The position numbers were made by a program, and so were the translations under genes. From the NCBI GenBank assembly GCA_964016885.1, contig OZ024741.1, positions 232,190,001 through 232,254,000 on the forward strand: a stretch of 64,000 bases of DNA, in the 5' to 3' direction. Within the stretch, counting starts at the first letter, position 1; each line of letters opens with the position of its first letter. This DNA is from Eledone cirrhosa (taxonomy: Eukaryota). The notes beneath the pieces are model-generated. The model was not told the origin of the DNA and did no database searches. It saw nothing but the letters and a program-made list of their open reading frames with translations. Shown here piece by piece: positions 37,540 through 52,253 of this stretch.

Positions 37540-39250
37540 CATTTGATATCCTCTCGAAAAGAGCGGATAATTGATTTCCAGTCTTCCAAAAAGTGGGTGT
37601 TGATAGCAGATGGACAGCAGGACCATACGAAAGCATCCCTTCCAAAATAAGCGGAAGAGCAAATTATCCAGTGCTGTATAGGACAAGGCACAGACGGTCT
37701 GGCATTTATAGAAAGCGGACACGATGTACGAGTTCACCTTTCAAGGACAACTATCCCTCATCCCATTTCTGGGTGAGATTTGCCATTCTATTTCCTCACA
37801 ATAAACCAGTTTTTCTCCATGTTGCGATTCTGACCTATCTAGACCTCGAGCAATTCAACCGATCCATCTGTTCAGAGTACGAGGAGCAATGCTATTCACA
37901 TCGATGTGTGTGATACTCGACACTACAACGATGACGTCGTCGGACTAAGCTGACACAGATGTCCCATCCGCTCGTGCGTGCGGGATGACCCTCAGCGTCC
38001 CTTTGAGAAGTTGTGGGTTTAGTGTCAATACACACTGCTGGGATGAAAGGTGATGCTTCGTGGTCCGTGCGTATAGAGTTGAACGTCTGAAATGTGACCG
38101 TTCACTCTAATCACAGAGCAGATCTTGCTGTACAAAGCAGCGATCAACCATCTGAAAACGGACCCAAAGCCTGCTACCTTCAGGACTGCCGCCAATTACT
38201 TATGGTAAACCCTATCGAATGCTTTCGATTCATCCAAGTTGATCGCTGCCCCCACCTCCGCTTTGCCTTCATCCTGAGTCAGCCTCTTTATAATGTATCG
38301 CATAAGGGAGGGGGCGTCGTCAAGTACAGATCTCTTGAGAATGTCACATATCTGCGCCTTTCCTGCCAAATCATCGACGACAAGCGCCAAACTCTTCAGT
38401 AACACTTTGTACACTACATTTAGTAAAATTGCGTGCCTAAAATTATCGAAGCAAATCCGCTTTCTACGAATCCTTTCTCAGAAGTGCAATGACTCCTCGG
38501 CTGACAGAAATTGGGAATTCTCATATTCTTCTGCTGTCAGTTGCAGAAGACGTACGTCAAGATGTCACCAAACATGTCTTGAATGTGAACACAAGACTCG
38601 TAGGGCAGACCATCGAAACCGGGTGATTTACTTCTCTTGCAGCTGTTCATTTCCTCTGGTATAACAGCGGCTTTTATTGCCGTTCCGCAACACTCCGCTT
38701 CCGTCACTAATAGCAATGGTTGCCCGTCGAGATGAGCAGTGAAGTACATCACGTGATCCAGCGTGCCGCTGCTCCAGAAGACCCAGGCAAAATGTTTGTT
38801 ACAGAAAAGCCATACATGTTGCATCAGCGATCGGATTTAGGCTTTTTCTCTCCAAGCTGCATCTCTGCCATTCAAGCCTATTGAACGGCTTTCGTCCCTT
38901 GGTGTCTAAGAGCACTTGCCTTAGCTCCGACCAAACAGCTTTCGTGCTTAGCATTGAAGACTGTCCAGGGCCAATCTCGCCGCCAGAAAGTCGCTTGCGA
39001 AGCCTTTGCTAATAACCTCTTGTATTTTAAAAGAGTACTCTTTCCTATCTAATTATCTCTAATAATAAGCAGATGGTCCATATTGCGATATCCTGGCCTT
39101 TCCGGAACAACACAACAAATTCGCATCTATATTCCGGAAGGCTCGTAGTTGAGTAGAACATTTAACCGCCGAAGATGAATGACACAGTACTTGCGCAAGA
39201 GTCTCCGGTCAGACAAATAACATCAACATCATTCTCCAATTACCTGAGGT
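37540..39250 (-). mobile_element. Decayed L1/Tx1-like LINE ORF2
   Basis: KSPGFDGLPYE, AAINLDESKAFDRVYH, LLKSLALVV motifs. Confidence 0.75.
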
Positions 39251-40244
39251 CCTGAAACAGGTGGCGTTGTTTCCAAGACGACCCGAAGAGATGTGCATTT
39301 ACATTGCCTAACTTGAGTGAGGCCATGATCGTCTAGGAGGACGAGGAAGTTGAAAATACCTGTTACCTGAGATTTGTTTTGTACGGACTGTTCTTTCGTC
39401 CTTCCGGTTGCTTGTGGTCTGTTGTTTCGAATTGTCTGTCTAGAATCTTTTAGATAGTCGACCCCCGGACGAATCGAAAAGAAACGGAGAAATTTATTTT
39501 TAGGTGTGTGTATTTTTTTGTGGCAAACCATGTACTCTGGTGTAATTTGACGTCTTGCAGTGCTGTTTATACGTAAGGGTTACATCAGGACGTCTCGTTG
39601 ATAACAGGTTTAAGTAGGTAAGAGCCCTCTCCCTACGTTGTATCCATCCAGCTTATAGATGGCTATCAAATGATCGGAATAAACGTTTAAACAGAAGTTA
39701 CATAGTCATATTTATCGTATTTCTTTGAAAGCGGCGTGGAGTTGTTTTGCAATCATTACAAAGCGACCTGCATCAGTTTGACATCATCAGATGTTAACAC
39801 AATTATGTGGATAGGTCGATATGTTGTTTGCTAATGTGACCATGTTTGCGAAGTCCGGAAAACACAGGTCGCTGCCGTCACGTTTGTTTAACAGCACCAA
39901 CAGTAATGTGTATAATAATTATGATTATGTAACATGCATAAATGGACTCAACGACTGTAGATTATATAATGACGTAAAATTGTGGATATTGAATAAACAC
40001 CACAAACAAACCACTTAATACGCGTTCGAAGTTCCCGAAATTTCTTCATGTTTCTAAGCGCCTCGCAAATAATCCATTTATATATTTCTTTGAACATCGA
40101 TTTATTTTTAGCCCCCTAGTTATTTTAGTATATTTTTGTTATTTTAGGTCAGATTCTCTCCCCTAAATCTATCCGGATTATCTGTCCATTTTTTTACTCT
40201 CCACACTTTATTTTTGCCCCTTTGAGTAAACACTTCTGTTCATT

Positions 40245-40540
40245 TTCATAAATTGAATGAACAAAAGCAATCGCCGTTCTGTCTCAACTTGCTCAGTTTT
40301 CTCAGGGAGTTTTCCGAATTTGGATGCAATAGCATCTGCATAACCTATCTTTTCTTCATTATGCAGCAACTCTTCCCACTTTATCCTGTACTTCGCCTTG
40401 GACCTGATAGTTTTGGGGGCATTTTTGGCTTCAGGCTGTCTCAAGTTTCAGATAACTGGGCGGTTACCAGGCGAGAGCACATCCCCTCTTTTACCACGGA
40501 CATATTTTCTATACAACCTCCCTTGGTTGCTACTACGTGT
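40245..40540 (-). mobile_element. LINE (RTE-like) EN-RT linker fragment
   Basis: KYRIKWEEL...YADAIASKF-like linker after an endonuclease-end-like motif. Confidence 0.45.
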
Positions 40541-40746
40541 TAGTAAGTATGTATATGTAGAAATGCATACACATTATTATACAATTCATCACGTTCCAAG
40601 ACCCATCCTTCAAACATACAAACATACCTACACTAACACAAACCAAAGAGTAATTGTGTTTAATTTCATATTTCTGGCAATTTTATGACAACATAATCCT
40701 CCCCAAATATAAAGATATATATATATGTGTGTGTATGCGTTTATGA

Positions 40747-40796
<50 letters not shown>

Positions 40797-41109
40797 ATAA
40801 TAATAAATTTGAAGACTAAAATCCAAAGATTAACAATCAGATGTACAATATAAACAATTAGGGACGTACAATATAAAGGAACAGAGAGAATTCCTGAAAG
40901 TTAACCTGCTGAAGGCGGCAGCAGTAATATGTGGCTGGGGCAGAACTTTAGGCGTGAGGAGAGTAACTTGGTGGTGGAACATTAGGGTAGATGAGACAAT
41001 CATGTCGAATGGGCTGGCTTGGAAAGAATGCTGGGTTGGGGATAAAGATAGTCTGTCCCAAGTTCATTAAACAGAGGGAACAACTGTACAAGTTAGTGAC
41101 AGTATAGTA

Positions 41110-42660
41110 AATAAGGCAATCAAAGATATGAAGACAGGCAAGGCATCTGGGCTTTCGCATATAGTTGCTGAGATTTTGAAAGCATCTGGAACGGTGGGGC
41201 ATACTCTGGTCACCCGCAAAGTACTCCAAGTAATACAGAATGAGTTCATACCAAATAACTGGCGTAGCTGCATCGTCGTTAACTGCTACTCGGATAAAGG
41301 AGACGCTCTAGATAGAGAAAACTATAGAGGCATTAAGTTAGTTGACTAGGTCATGAAGGTCACAGAAAGAGCTATCAAACAACTGATCAGAAAGCGAATT
41401 GATCAAGATGAAATGCAGTTTGGTTTTTTGCAAGTTGAAAGTACCACCGATGCTCTCTTCATTCTACTTCCACCACAGGAGAATTACCTAGCTAAAGGTA
41501 AATCTCTCTACCTAAATTTTGTTGAATTGGAGAAAGCTTTTGAGAGGGACCCGCGCTCCATTATCTCGTGGGCTCTTAGAAAACTAAGTGTAGATGAGTG
41601 GCTTGTGAACGTTATACAAGCCATGTATAGAGGAACAATCAGCTAGATTACAATTAGCAATGAATATAGCGAAGCATTTAGCGTAACAGTAGGTGTTAAC
41701 ACAGGATTCGTCCTTAGCCCCTTCCCGTTTATCATTACCCTACAGGCAATAACAGAAGAGTTTAGGACTGGATGTCTATGGTGTGTTTTAAATCTAACTC
41801 TCATAGCTGAATCTATGTCTGAACTAGAGAATAAATTCCAAATAGGGAAGCAAGGCCTATAATCAAGATGCCTTAAATTTAACTTGTTCTAGTATGTAGA
41901 AAGGAATATAAGGAACAGGTGCCCTCTGGAAAATGGCCTTGCACAGTGTGTTGGAAAGGAGTAAGTAAAAACCCCATTCTATGACCCAAATTCAAACTAC
42001 AGGGTTATAAAGATATAGTGGAATCACAGGCATACTATTAAACAATGTAGGTTTTGTATGTGGTCGATGCTCCGGTGCAATAAGTAGTAAGTGCCCATGG
42101 ATACTAGCCCATTCAACATCCCAGATGGCTCTATAGAAATAGTAGACACTTCCGTTACCTGGGTAACAAAATCAAGAGTGAGGTGCGTGTTCTGAAATTA
42201 CAGTAGCCAGAGTTAGAACAGGGTTGGAAAAGTCAGAGAGCTAATACCACTGTTGGCCACAAAAGTTTTCTCGCTAGAAATAAACGTCCAATTGTTTGAT
42301 GCTTGTATGCCACCAGTAATATTACATGGTAGTGACTCATGAGCATTGTGTTCATAATATCTGCGTAGATTGGAAGGAAATGAAGCATGCATGTTCCGAT
42401 TAATGTGTAATAGTAATATAAAAGAACGAGAAATGAGAAACTAGACATAAGAGGGATCCGATGCAATTTACCAGAGAGGAGATTACGTTGGTTTGGTGAT
42501 GCATATGAAGGATGACAGCTTTATAAAAATGTGCAGGGCGATCAAAGTAGATGGAAGCTACGGAGTAGGTAGACCCAGAAAGACCTGGGACGAGATGATA
42601 AAAAAACTGACCTTGCACACTTGCACCTCTCTAAGACATTGTGATAGGATCGAAATCTTA
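41110..42660 (+). mobile_element. RTE LINE remnant
   Basis: MKTGKASG...ENYRGIKL, EMQFGF...STTDALF, FVELEKAFER, and C-terminal GRPRKTWDE. Confidence 0.88.
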
Positions 42661-42789
42661 GACGCTATGCAGTAAAACAGAAGATTTGCCTTCCCACGCA
42701 CACGGACTTGAACCTACACTCACCCAGGTCCGCCCACACCACGCCATCTTTTTAAAGTTATGTTGGTACCAAAAAATATCCAGCCCACA

Positions 42790-42955
42790 TTGTAAATGTG
42801 TTTGGCTTTAGGAAGTGCATCCAGTCGTAGAAAACCAGCCAGAAACAATTCTATACGAGTAACACACTGTCACCCGACCCAACTTACATCAAGTGCGACA
42901 AAACCGTGTAACCCATGCTAGCCTGAAGGATAGATGTTAAACAATGATGATGAAT
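42790..42955 (+). mobile_element. SINE 3' fragment
   Basis: TTGGCTTTAGGAAGTGCATCCAGTCGTAGAAAACC...GATGTTAAACAATGATGATGA tail. Confidence 0.55.
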
Positions 42956-42961
42956 ATATAT

Positions 42962-43011
<50 letters not shown>

Positions 43012-43057
43012 TAGCGAGAATCGTATTTCAGCTTTGGAATTAGCGAAAAACAACTTC

Positions 43058-43131
<74 letters not shown>

Positions 43132-43155
43132 TGTGTGTGTGTGAGAGAAACATAC

Positions 43156-43194
<39 letters not shown>

Positions 43195-43539
43195 GGGTGA
43201 AATTGAGAGAAAGAAAAAGCGAGAGAGTGCAGGAGAAAGAAAAAAGAGAGAATGATTGGAGAGAAAAATAAAAACTCTATCCGTACATTATTTTTCAACT
43301 TCAAGGGAAGTTGACATCTCGCTCATAGTGCAGTAAATTCGAAGCAACTGTGCCATATTTTTCTGGGGTTTGAACTCTAGCGATTCCACGAATTCTCACA
43401 GAAAACAAAATGTAAAAATACCAAAAATGTTTTTCCTCTATAAATAGTCATTGATGTCCGCTACATCAGCCATTCTACAACATAGAATTCCTTTCTTAGC
43501 TCATCATCATATCTTGTCGCGCCTGTGCTGTAACCATTG

Positions 43540-45910
43540 AAGTGCAGCGTCGTTTGCTTCCATCAGGTCTTGGTCATGCACGATGCAAAAGACAATGCAT
43601 CCTTCCAAAGCGCACCCTGGAGGAGAGGATATAACCCCGACCTAGCTTTCGTATCATCTAGACACTACCAGAATTTTGACAAATTAATTGGTAATCCAAT
43701 ACCCAAGTCCCATCACCGACCGATGGTCATCGAAATAATACCTGTTATCAGACCACGAGAGACGGTACCTAACGCCAGGTTTAACTTCCGTAATGCTAAA
43801 TGGGAGAACTTCTCATTAGACCTAGAAGCTGTGATCCCCAACATCCGTACAAAGCCACTGCAGTATTATGACTTTCAAACACTGGTGTGGGAGGCCGCAA
43901 AGAAAAATATCCCAAGAGGCTGCAGGAAGTCTTACATCGCAGGACCCAATGAGCAAAACAAATAAATGTACCAGGAGTACGTCCAGACGTATAATGACGA
44001 CTCATTTGCCATAAACACCATAGAGCTCGGAGAGATCCTGACAGCCTCGATCAACAGAAAAGAAAGAGCGCTGGCATAACCAACATCGATATGACTCATA
44101 ACAACAAAAACGCCTGGGCAAACATAAAAAATTTAAGCTCTGAAAAGAAACCACAACCAAGAATAGCTGCCGTTACCCCAAACGAAGTGGCACACCAACT
44201 ACTTCTCAATGGTAAGCCCAAGAATAGAAAAAGGGGATACCTAAGGGAAACGAAACAGGACATGAACCGTGCCATGCACAACTCTGACAAAAACTTTGAA
44301 CCCTTTAACATGGAAGAGCTGCATGCAATTATGAAACACCTTGGCATCATAGTGGGGGTGATACTGCACTTTGGAGAAATGGCGAAAACGTGTCTCCTGT
44401 CGCTCTTTACCAAATGTGCATCAACCTGTCAAATACCAAGGATATGGAGAAAAGCTAGAGTGGTGAATCTCTTGAAGCCAGGAAAAGACCCGGCACCTCC
44501 AAAGAACTACCTACCAATATCCTTACTGTGCACCCTTTACAAACTATACGAGCGCATGATCATGGCTCGATTGTCCCCTACTGTAGAAGAACAACTATCT
44601 CCAGATCAGGCTGGCTTCTGACCCGGCCAATCATGCCACTCAACCTGACTCAATACATCGAGGCTGGATTTGAGGCCAAACAAATTACTGGAGCAGTCTT
44701 TGTCGACCTCACAGCTACCTATGACACAGTGACCCACAGATCACTTCTTTTAAAGAGGGTCCAAACAGTTCGGAACACCACTGCAGTCCGTATAATTGAG
44801 TTACTGCTCATCAATCGGCGGTTCTTTGTTGAGATGGATGGCAGAGGAAGTATGTGTAGGGTTCAGAACAACGGACTCCCACAGGGCTCTGTGCTAGCCC
44901 CTATGCTCTTCAACATTTACCCAAATGACCAGCCGCAGTTCCACAATATTCGTAGATTCATATATGCGGATGACCTCTGCATCGCAACACAGTCCTTTGA
45001 CACAATCGAGGAAAGACTATCAAATGCCCTGACAACTCTCTCTGCATACTATAAAAAATAGTACCTTAACCCTAATGCCAGCAAAACGCGGGTGTTTGCC
45101 TCCCATCTTAACAACCACCAAGCAAGCAGGAAACTAAAAATCAGATGGGGCAACAATGAACTGGAAAACCACCCTCATCCAGTTTATCTCGGAGTTGCCC
45201 TTGATAGAACGCTCTCCTTCAAACAACACATAGACAAACTTAAAAGTAAACAGGCAACTAGAAATAATCTCCTCAGCAAACTAACCAACACCAGCTGGGG
45301 TGCAGATCCCATAACACTGAGGCAAACAGCACTGGCACTCTGCTACTCCACCGCAGAATATTGTTCACCAGTATGGGCAAGGTCGTGCCATGCAAATAGA
45401 GTTGACCCAGAGTTGAACAAAACATGCCGGATGATCACCGGAACATTAAAAGCAACTCCCCTTCCAGCCGTATACACACTTCCCGGCATTCCACATACGA
45501 CGAAAGGTCAACGAAATAAACAGAACGGTACAAACAACAACACGATCCCAGGCACCCACTCTATGGCCACCAGGAAATAAGAAGACGATTAAAATCTCGA
45601 AAAAGCTTATTAACCGTGGATAGCCTGGAACATTCACAATCGGCGGCTTACAGGTTGGAAAAGTGGAAGGAGAGTGACCGCCGCCAACCCAACGCGGCCT
45701 TACCGAGCCCAAATGAAAGCCTCAATGGAACATCTCTTAGCAGAAACGACTGGGTAAACCTAAACAGGGCCAGAGCCAAAACGGGCAAAACTGGAGACAA
45801 CCTCCACAAGTGGGGATTGGCCACCTGCGCTGAGTGCCCCTGCGGTGAGATCTCCCAGACCATAGCCCATATCCTCTTTGGATGTTCACTGGGACCCACA
45901 TGCTCCTTTC
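43540..45910 (+). mobile_element. Vingi/Ingi-like LINE, fairly well preserved but frameshifted
   Basis: GYNPDLAF (EN end), QAGF, GLPQGSVLAPMLFNIY, YADD, SWGADP..LRQTALALCYSTAEYCSPVW, C-terminal CPCG..QT.AHIL.C. Confidence 0.85.
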
Positions 45911-46064
45911 TTAGGTGTTATAATGTTACGATGACCCAACTTCAACGCCAAATATTAAATGATGTCGATTTTTAACACGAGGAATACTCGAGGTGATTCG
46001 CGACCAATCAGAAGTTCTTTTATTTTTTATTCAAATCTATAAGTACCGCTCTTTTGTATTGACC

Positions 46065-46152
46065 TGCATTATATGTCCTTGTGGAGTCGACAAAATAAAT
46101 ACCAGTAAGCACTGGGATAATTGCTGGCCTTGTGCCAAAAGTAGAAACAATT
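46065..46152 (+). mobile_element. OK-like SINE 3' fragment
   Basis: GTCGACAAAATAAATACCAG...CTGGCCTTGTGCCAAAAGTAGAAACAATT. Confidence 0.7.
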
Positions 46153-47002
46153 ATGCTTTTCTCACGCAACTCTCTTCTGTTTGGTCGAGCACTTTGTAGA
46201 ATGCTGCACATGTTTCGCAGCGAAGTCATTTGATATTTGGCGTTAAAGGCTACCAAATAAAATGTCTCTTATTTCTGAAAACAATGAATATTTATCTACA
46301 TATTAATTGTGACAATATTTCTTTTACATACATATTATTCCATATAATTTGGTTTTGCAAGACCTCGGAGATAGGTGAAGTACGGTATTAAATATATGCA
46401 GATATTGGGCTGTTCAAATTAACAACACCTCCATGGTGGTGGCCAATACCAGACTCCACTGTGTTGTAAATATTCGTAAATGTGCCTTTGTCCCACATAC
46501 TTCCCCTCATGCTCCGCTGCCACAGACACCATGAAAATGCATATGAACAGTACTCACCATGTATTGCCTAAATGACTAAATAAACAAAATGTCAGATAAA
46601 TGGATGAATAAATAAATAATGCAAAATCTAAAAAGAATATCGTCAAATGAGTTCCAATCCTAAATATCTCGTGATTAATATACTAGAAAAGACGACGTCT
46701 CGTGACACTGAACGTGTACGATTGTTCCGTTAGCATCATCATAATGATGAACGCCTCTCCGATAACAAGTTTCAGATAATGGAAAGCAGTTTCATTTTCT
46801 AACTTTGATTTGAAGTGTGTTAATCTGCCTTGCAATGCCTCCACATTCTATTGCCGGAATTATTATGTTATTAACTTTGGAGTCAACATTAGCCATTGGT
46901 AAGTAATAACATCCTTGCTAACTTATTTACGTATTGAATATTTTGTTTGTCTGTCTGTCATGAAATGCTTTATTCTCATTTTTATTAAATAAATACATCT
47001 TA

Positions 47003-47192
47003 ATAATTGTTTCTACTTTTGGCACAAGGCCAGCAATTATCCCAGTGTATTACTGGTACTTTATTTTATCGAACCCGTAAGGATGAAAGGTAAAGTTATC
47101 CTCGGCGGGATTTGAACTCAAATCGTAAAGAGCCGTAACTACGCTGGAAAGCATGTCCGACCCTCTACCAATGCTGCGAATTCACCGCCATT
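47003..47192 (-). mobile_element. OK-like SINE
   Basis: Reverse complement of the family at 6345, including the B box. Confidence 0.85.
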
Positions 47193-47340
47193 ATTCATCT
47201 AATTCACCTAAATTCATCTTAATAATGATGGGAGTATATTCTACCATTGTATCGACTGAAACAGCATCTAAGATCAACACTATGCGTATCTTCACACACA
47301 CACACACATACTTATATATATGCTTGAAGCATCCCACACC

Positions 47341-47427
<87 letters not shown>

Positions 47428-47461
47428 TGTATGTGTGTGTGGGTGTGTATGTGTGGGGGGG

Positions 47462-47499
<38 letters not shown>

Positions 47500-47519
47500 G
47501 TGTGTGTGTGTGTGAAACA

Positions 47520-49035
47520 TACAGACTGAGCGACTTTATAAACATACTACTAAAAACAATTATCAAACACATACCAAGTCTTGTAAGATACGATCTGGAC
47601 CTCTTAAACCACCTCCCCAAACATGTCAACAACGATACTAGTATTGAGTCTTTCGATGTAGAGAATCTCTACACAACGATCCCATACCAATAAGGACTAC
47701 AAGCAATAGGATTCTGGCTAGATAAATATCCCAATGTGATACCTGACAGAATAGAAAAAAGCTTCATCACCGAGGGATTAAAATTTATCTTACAGAACAA
47801 CTTTTTTGATTTCGATGGCAGTACTTACAAGCAAATATCGGGGACTGCGATGGGTACAAAAGCCGCTCCGACTGATGCCAACTTAGTCATGGCATACTTA
47901 GAAGTCCAGATTTATGAACAGTCCAAATCAAAATACGGATTGAACTTCCACAAATATTTATCAGAGAATTGGAAATACTACTTGGATGATTGTCTCATTC
48001 CTTGGACCCCACACTCAACCAACTGAATGATTTCAAAAATGCAATAAACGGCATCAATAAGCACATCCAATTCACAATGGAATACAGTCAAGATCAACTC
48101 CCATTTCTGGACATCTTAATCTTAAAAAAAGACACAAATATTGAAACTGACATACACTACAAACCAACAGATTCCAAACAATACCTGCTATTCAGCTCCA
48201 ACCATCCAAAGCACACGAAGACGAACATTCCTTTTAACCCAGCAAGAAGAATTTGCACAAATGTCTCCAATTATGAAACGCGAAATAAAAGACTTCAAGA
48301 ATTAAAGGAAATTCTACTCGAAAGACAGTACCCATCATTACTAATAAATAATGGAATAGAAAGGGCTAAAGTAATAGGCATTGATGAATTACGAAAATAG
48401 AAACAAATTAAAGGTACGTCCAATATTCTATCATATATCTCAACACACAACCCAAGAAATGCGGAAGCTTACAACACTATTCACAAGAACATCCCACTAC
48501 TGAAACAAGACCCAAGAATGAAAAAAAGCCCTTGAAACACACAAAATAATCAAAAGCAAAAGACAACCGAAATCACTGAAAACATTACTCACCAATTCCA
48601 AATTACCTACCACAAACCCACAACCAACTGTCAAAAAATGTGGTCGCTCTAATTGTGGAACCTGCACTCACCTCATTGAAAGCAACACGTATACATTTAA
48701 ATCAGGACAAATTTTGCTGTAAAAAATCACTTCACTTGCTCATCAAAAAAGCTGATTTATGCCATTAAATGTAAAGGATGCAATGACTATTATATAGGAA
48801 AAACTAAACTCACACTCAGAAATAGAATGACAGTTCATCGCCAACAGTTACGTGATCCAACAACGAGACAGATACCACTAAGCGCACATCTAGACATTTG
48901 CGCAAGTAATAAGACACCCATATTCCAAGTCTTCCCATTTTAACTTTGCGCTGACAATACAACAGAACAAATACGAATAAATAAGGAAAATATGTTTATT
49001 AAAAAATATAGACCAGCATTAAATATGGTTTAATA
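47520..49035 (+). mobile_element. Penelope-like retroelement (RT plus GIY-YIG), decayed
   Basis: SFDVENLYTTIP, YKQISGTAMGTKAAP, YLDD, LPFLDI, YKPTDSKQYL..SNHP, IYAIKC...YYIGKT. Confidence 0.92.
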
Positions 49036-49744
49036 TACATTATGTCAACACCATAACATGCTAACCATCCAAACAGACACATACACACACACATAACACC
49101 TTCTACTTTAGAAAATAAAAACCCGAACTAAATAAAACTTAACATACGTTTGCACTGACAATACAATAGAACAAATACAAATAAGTAAGGAAAATATGTT
49201 CATTCAAAAATATTCCTACTAACGGAATCATTTTCCTACACACACACACACAGACACACACACACACACACAAAATATATATTCTCTTCATCTTAACATG
49301 CTAACCATGATCCCACACGCACATAACACCCATACACCCCCCCCCCCACAAACACACACAACTCCCTCACCCATTTCTACTAACAGCATCACTTTCCTAC
49401 ACACACACACACAAAATATATATATTATCTCCATCTTAACATACTCCCACACACATACACAAAACACCCATATGCACACACACAACTATTTCTACCAATA
49501 GAATCATCTTCCTATACACACGCACACACACACACACATACACACACACACACCACACACACACACAAATAAACATACATATGTCTACTTTCTTTATTTC
49601 AATAGAAAATCTGAACTCTGACACCCCAGCGAACTAGCCATATTCACTGAACCAGAACAATTCTCCCATCCCATTTCTATTGACCATTCTTTTGCTTCAT
49701 ACAATTCATACAATTCTCTAAATGGCTACAAAATAAATAATACG

Positions 49745-50135
49745 GGCGCGGAACGTGTTCACGTGACAGTCATAATTTCATTTATAACCAATCAAATTGC
49801 ATTTTTTTTAAAAAGCCTTCGGGAGCCACTTTTTTTATTGTCATAAAATTCTGTAAAAAGTTACAAAATAAATTCCGAAATACGCGCGCAAAATGTAATG
49901 AACTTGTTCACGTGACAGCCATAATTTCATTTATAACCAATCAGATTACATTTTTTTTAAAAAGCCTTCGTGAGCCACTTTTTTTATTGTCATAAAATTC
50001 TCTAAAAGGCTATGAAACAAATTCAGAAATACGGGCCCAAAATTTATTGACCTTGTTCACATGACAGCCATAATTTCATTTATAACCAATCAGATTACAT
50101 TTTTTTTTAAAAGCCTTCGTGAGCCCCTTTTTTTA
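49745..50135. repeat. Three tandem copies of an about 150-bp unit
   Basis: GTTCAC(G/A)TGACAG(T/C)CATAATTTCATTTATAACCAATC at about 49757, 49906 and 50056. Confidence 0.9.
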
Positions 50136-50561
50136 AGTAAAAAGTAATTCAAACACTCATATATGAAAAAACAACCTGAGCAAACCCTCCCCCTTGTTTG
50201 AAGAACTTTGTAACGCGAAATGGCGCAAAATTTATTATACTTATTGACCAACCAATCAAATTACTTCTCTAGAAAACTGGCGTTTCGAGCCACATTTTTC
50301 CATATAAAACAAGTAACATTCAAAGACCAACCAGATGTGAGAAAAACCACACACCCTCCATCTCAACTCTACTTTTGAAAAGCAGAAGAACTGCGAAACC
50401 GGTAAAGGAACCAAATAAATATATATATATATTTTTAAATAAGACTCCAGTTGCATTTTCGATTTCATCTTTTTCTCTTTATACTTTCACTCGTGTAGGA
50501 GACCTCGGTTATTTTTCATTTTGTAAAAAAACATCACATTCTAATATATATATATATATAT

Positions 50562-50596
<35 letters not shown>

Positions 50597-51005
50597 TATA
50601 TATATTAATGGAAGTAAGCACATGTACACATATGTATATATACATACACATACATACATATACATATGTACATGTGATCTATAATGAACGTTAATAATCA
50701 TATTCGATTCGTTGGTAAATAAACGGCCAGATTTGTAGCTGCGCTGTGCCGGTGTCTTAACATGACCTGTTGTTTAACACTGGCTTTTAGGACCGTATAC
50801 CTCTGACACTCTGTTGAACGGTTGAACATTTTTAGTATTTTGATAAGTATACACCGGCTGAGTAGCCTTATTTGCATAGCGAGCGAGTTACGGGTGGGCT
50901 TACCAAATATTTTTAAAAAATGTTATTTCTCGCCAAAGCACGGCTGATAAATAAATGTAAGTATGCACACGTAGACACACACGCACACACACACATACAC
51001 ACACA

Positions 51006-51046
<41 letters not shown>

Positions 51047-51088
51047 ATACACACACACAGACATATCACACACTCACACACACACATA

Positions 51089-51173
<85 letters not shown>

Positions 51174-51209
51174 TATATATTGTTATACTTTATGAGGGTC
51201 ATGTTGCCA

Positions 51210-52090
51210 TATAATAAATTTATAATAAATTTATAAATTTATAAATTTCTGGTTGGTTGGTTGCTTCCACAACCAGATAGTTGTTTATATATTGTCATAG
51301 TTCTTTCGTCACACACTCTGTGACCTGTTCAGTGACTGGGGATTCCTTTCTTTGTTTCTGTGCCTCTCCTTTGTTCTGTCCTACGCCATTTTGTTTCTGT
51401 TTGCTCATCCATATTAACTGTAAAACTAGAAATGTAGTGTATAGCATAAGATGTACCGAAGGACAATGTAGAGACAAAAATATAGTGTACATAGGTGAGA
51501 CAGCTTGCAGTGTAGGGGAACGGATAAATGAACACTGGCGAGACCTTCAAGATAGTAAAGAATCATATGTACTCTACCAACATGCTAAAATAGAACACAA
51601 GGTAAATTAGAGAACATAGAAATAAAAATAGAATCTACACACAGAAAAGACGCAATGTTTAGACAAATTACAGAGGCAATAAACATAAAGGAATTACAAC
51701 CAAAATTAAATAGAAAATATGAGTTGAACAGCAACATCACAACTTACAATTAAGGACAAAATGAAAACACACACACACATAGAACAAACAACCAACCAGT
51801 AACATGTAAATAAACAAATAAATAAATGAACATAAACACACACAGACACCCGGATGTGACGCACGCTCAGACTGAGCAATCAACACACACACAGAAACAA
51901 AATGGTGTAGGACAGAACAAAGGAGAGGCACAGAAACAAAGAAAGGAATCCCCAGTCACTGAAGAGGTCACAGAGTGTGTGACGAAAGAACTATGACAAT
52001 ATATAAACAACTATCTGGTTGTGGAACCAACCAACCAACCAGAAATTTATAAATTTATAAATTTATTATAAATTTATTATAATAAATTGA
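51210..52090 (+). mobile_element. Penelope GIY-YIG fragment flanked by about 190-bp inverted repeats
   Basis: CKTRNVVYSIRC...VYIGETACSVGERINEH; 51210-51400 is the near-exact reverse complement of 51890-52090. Confidence 0.85.
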
Positions 52091-52215
52091 AGTGAAAGCA
52101 ACTGGTGCGTGTGTTTCTTATTGGCAACATGACCCTCCCAAAGTATAACAATATCGGTTTCAACACACGATTTCAGAAAAAGAATCTTGCTAAACAAATT
52201 CAGAAACGAAATATA

Positions 52216-52253
<38 letters not shown>

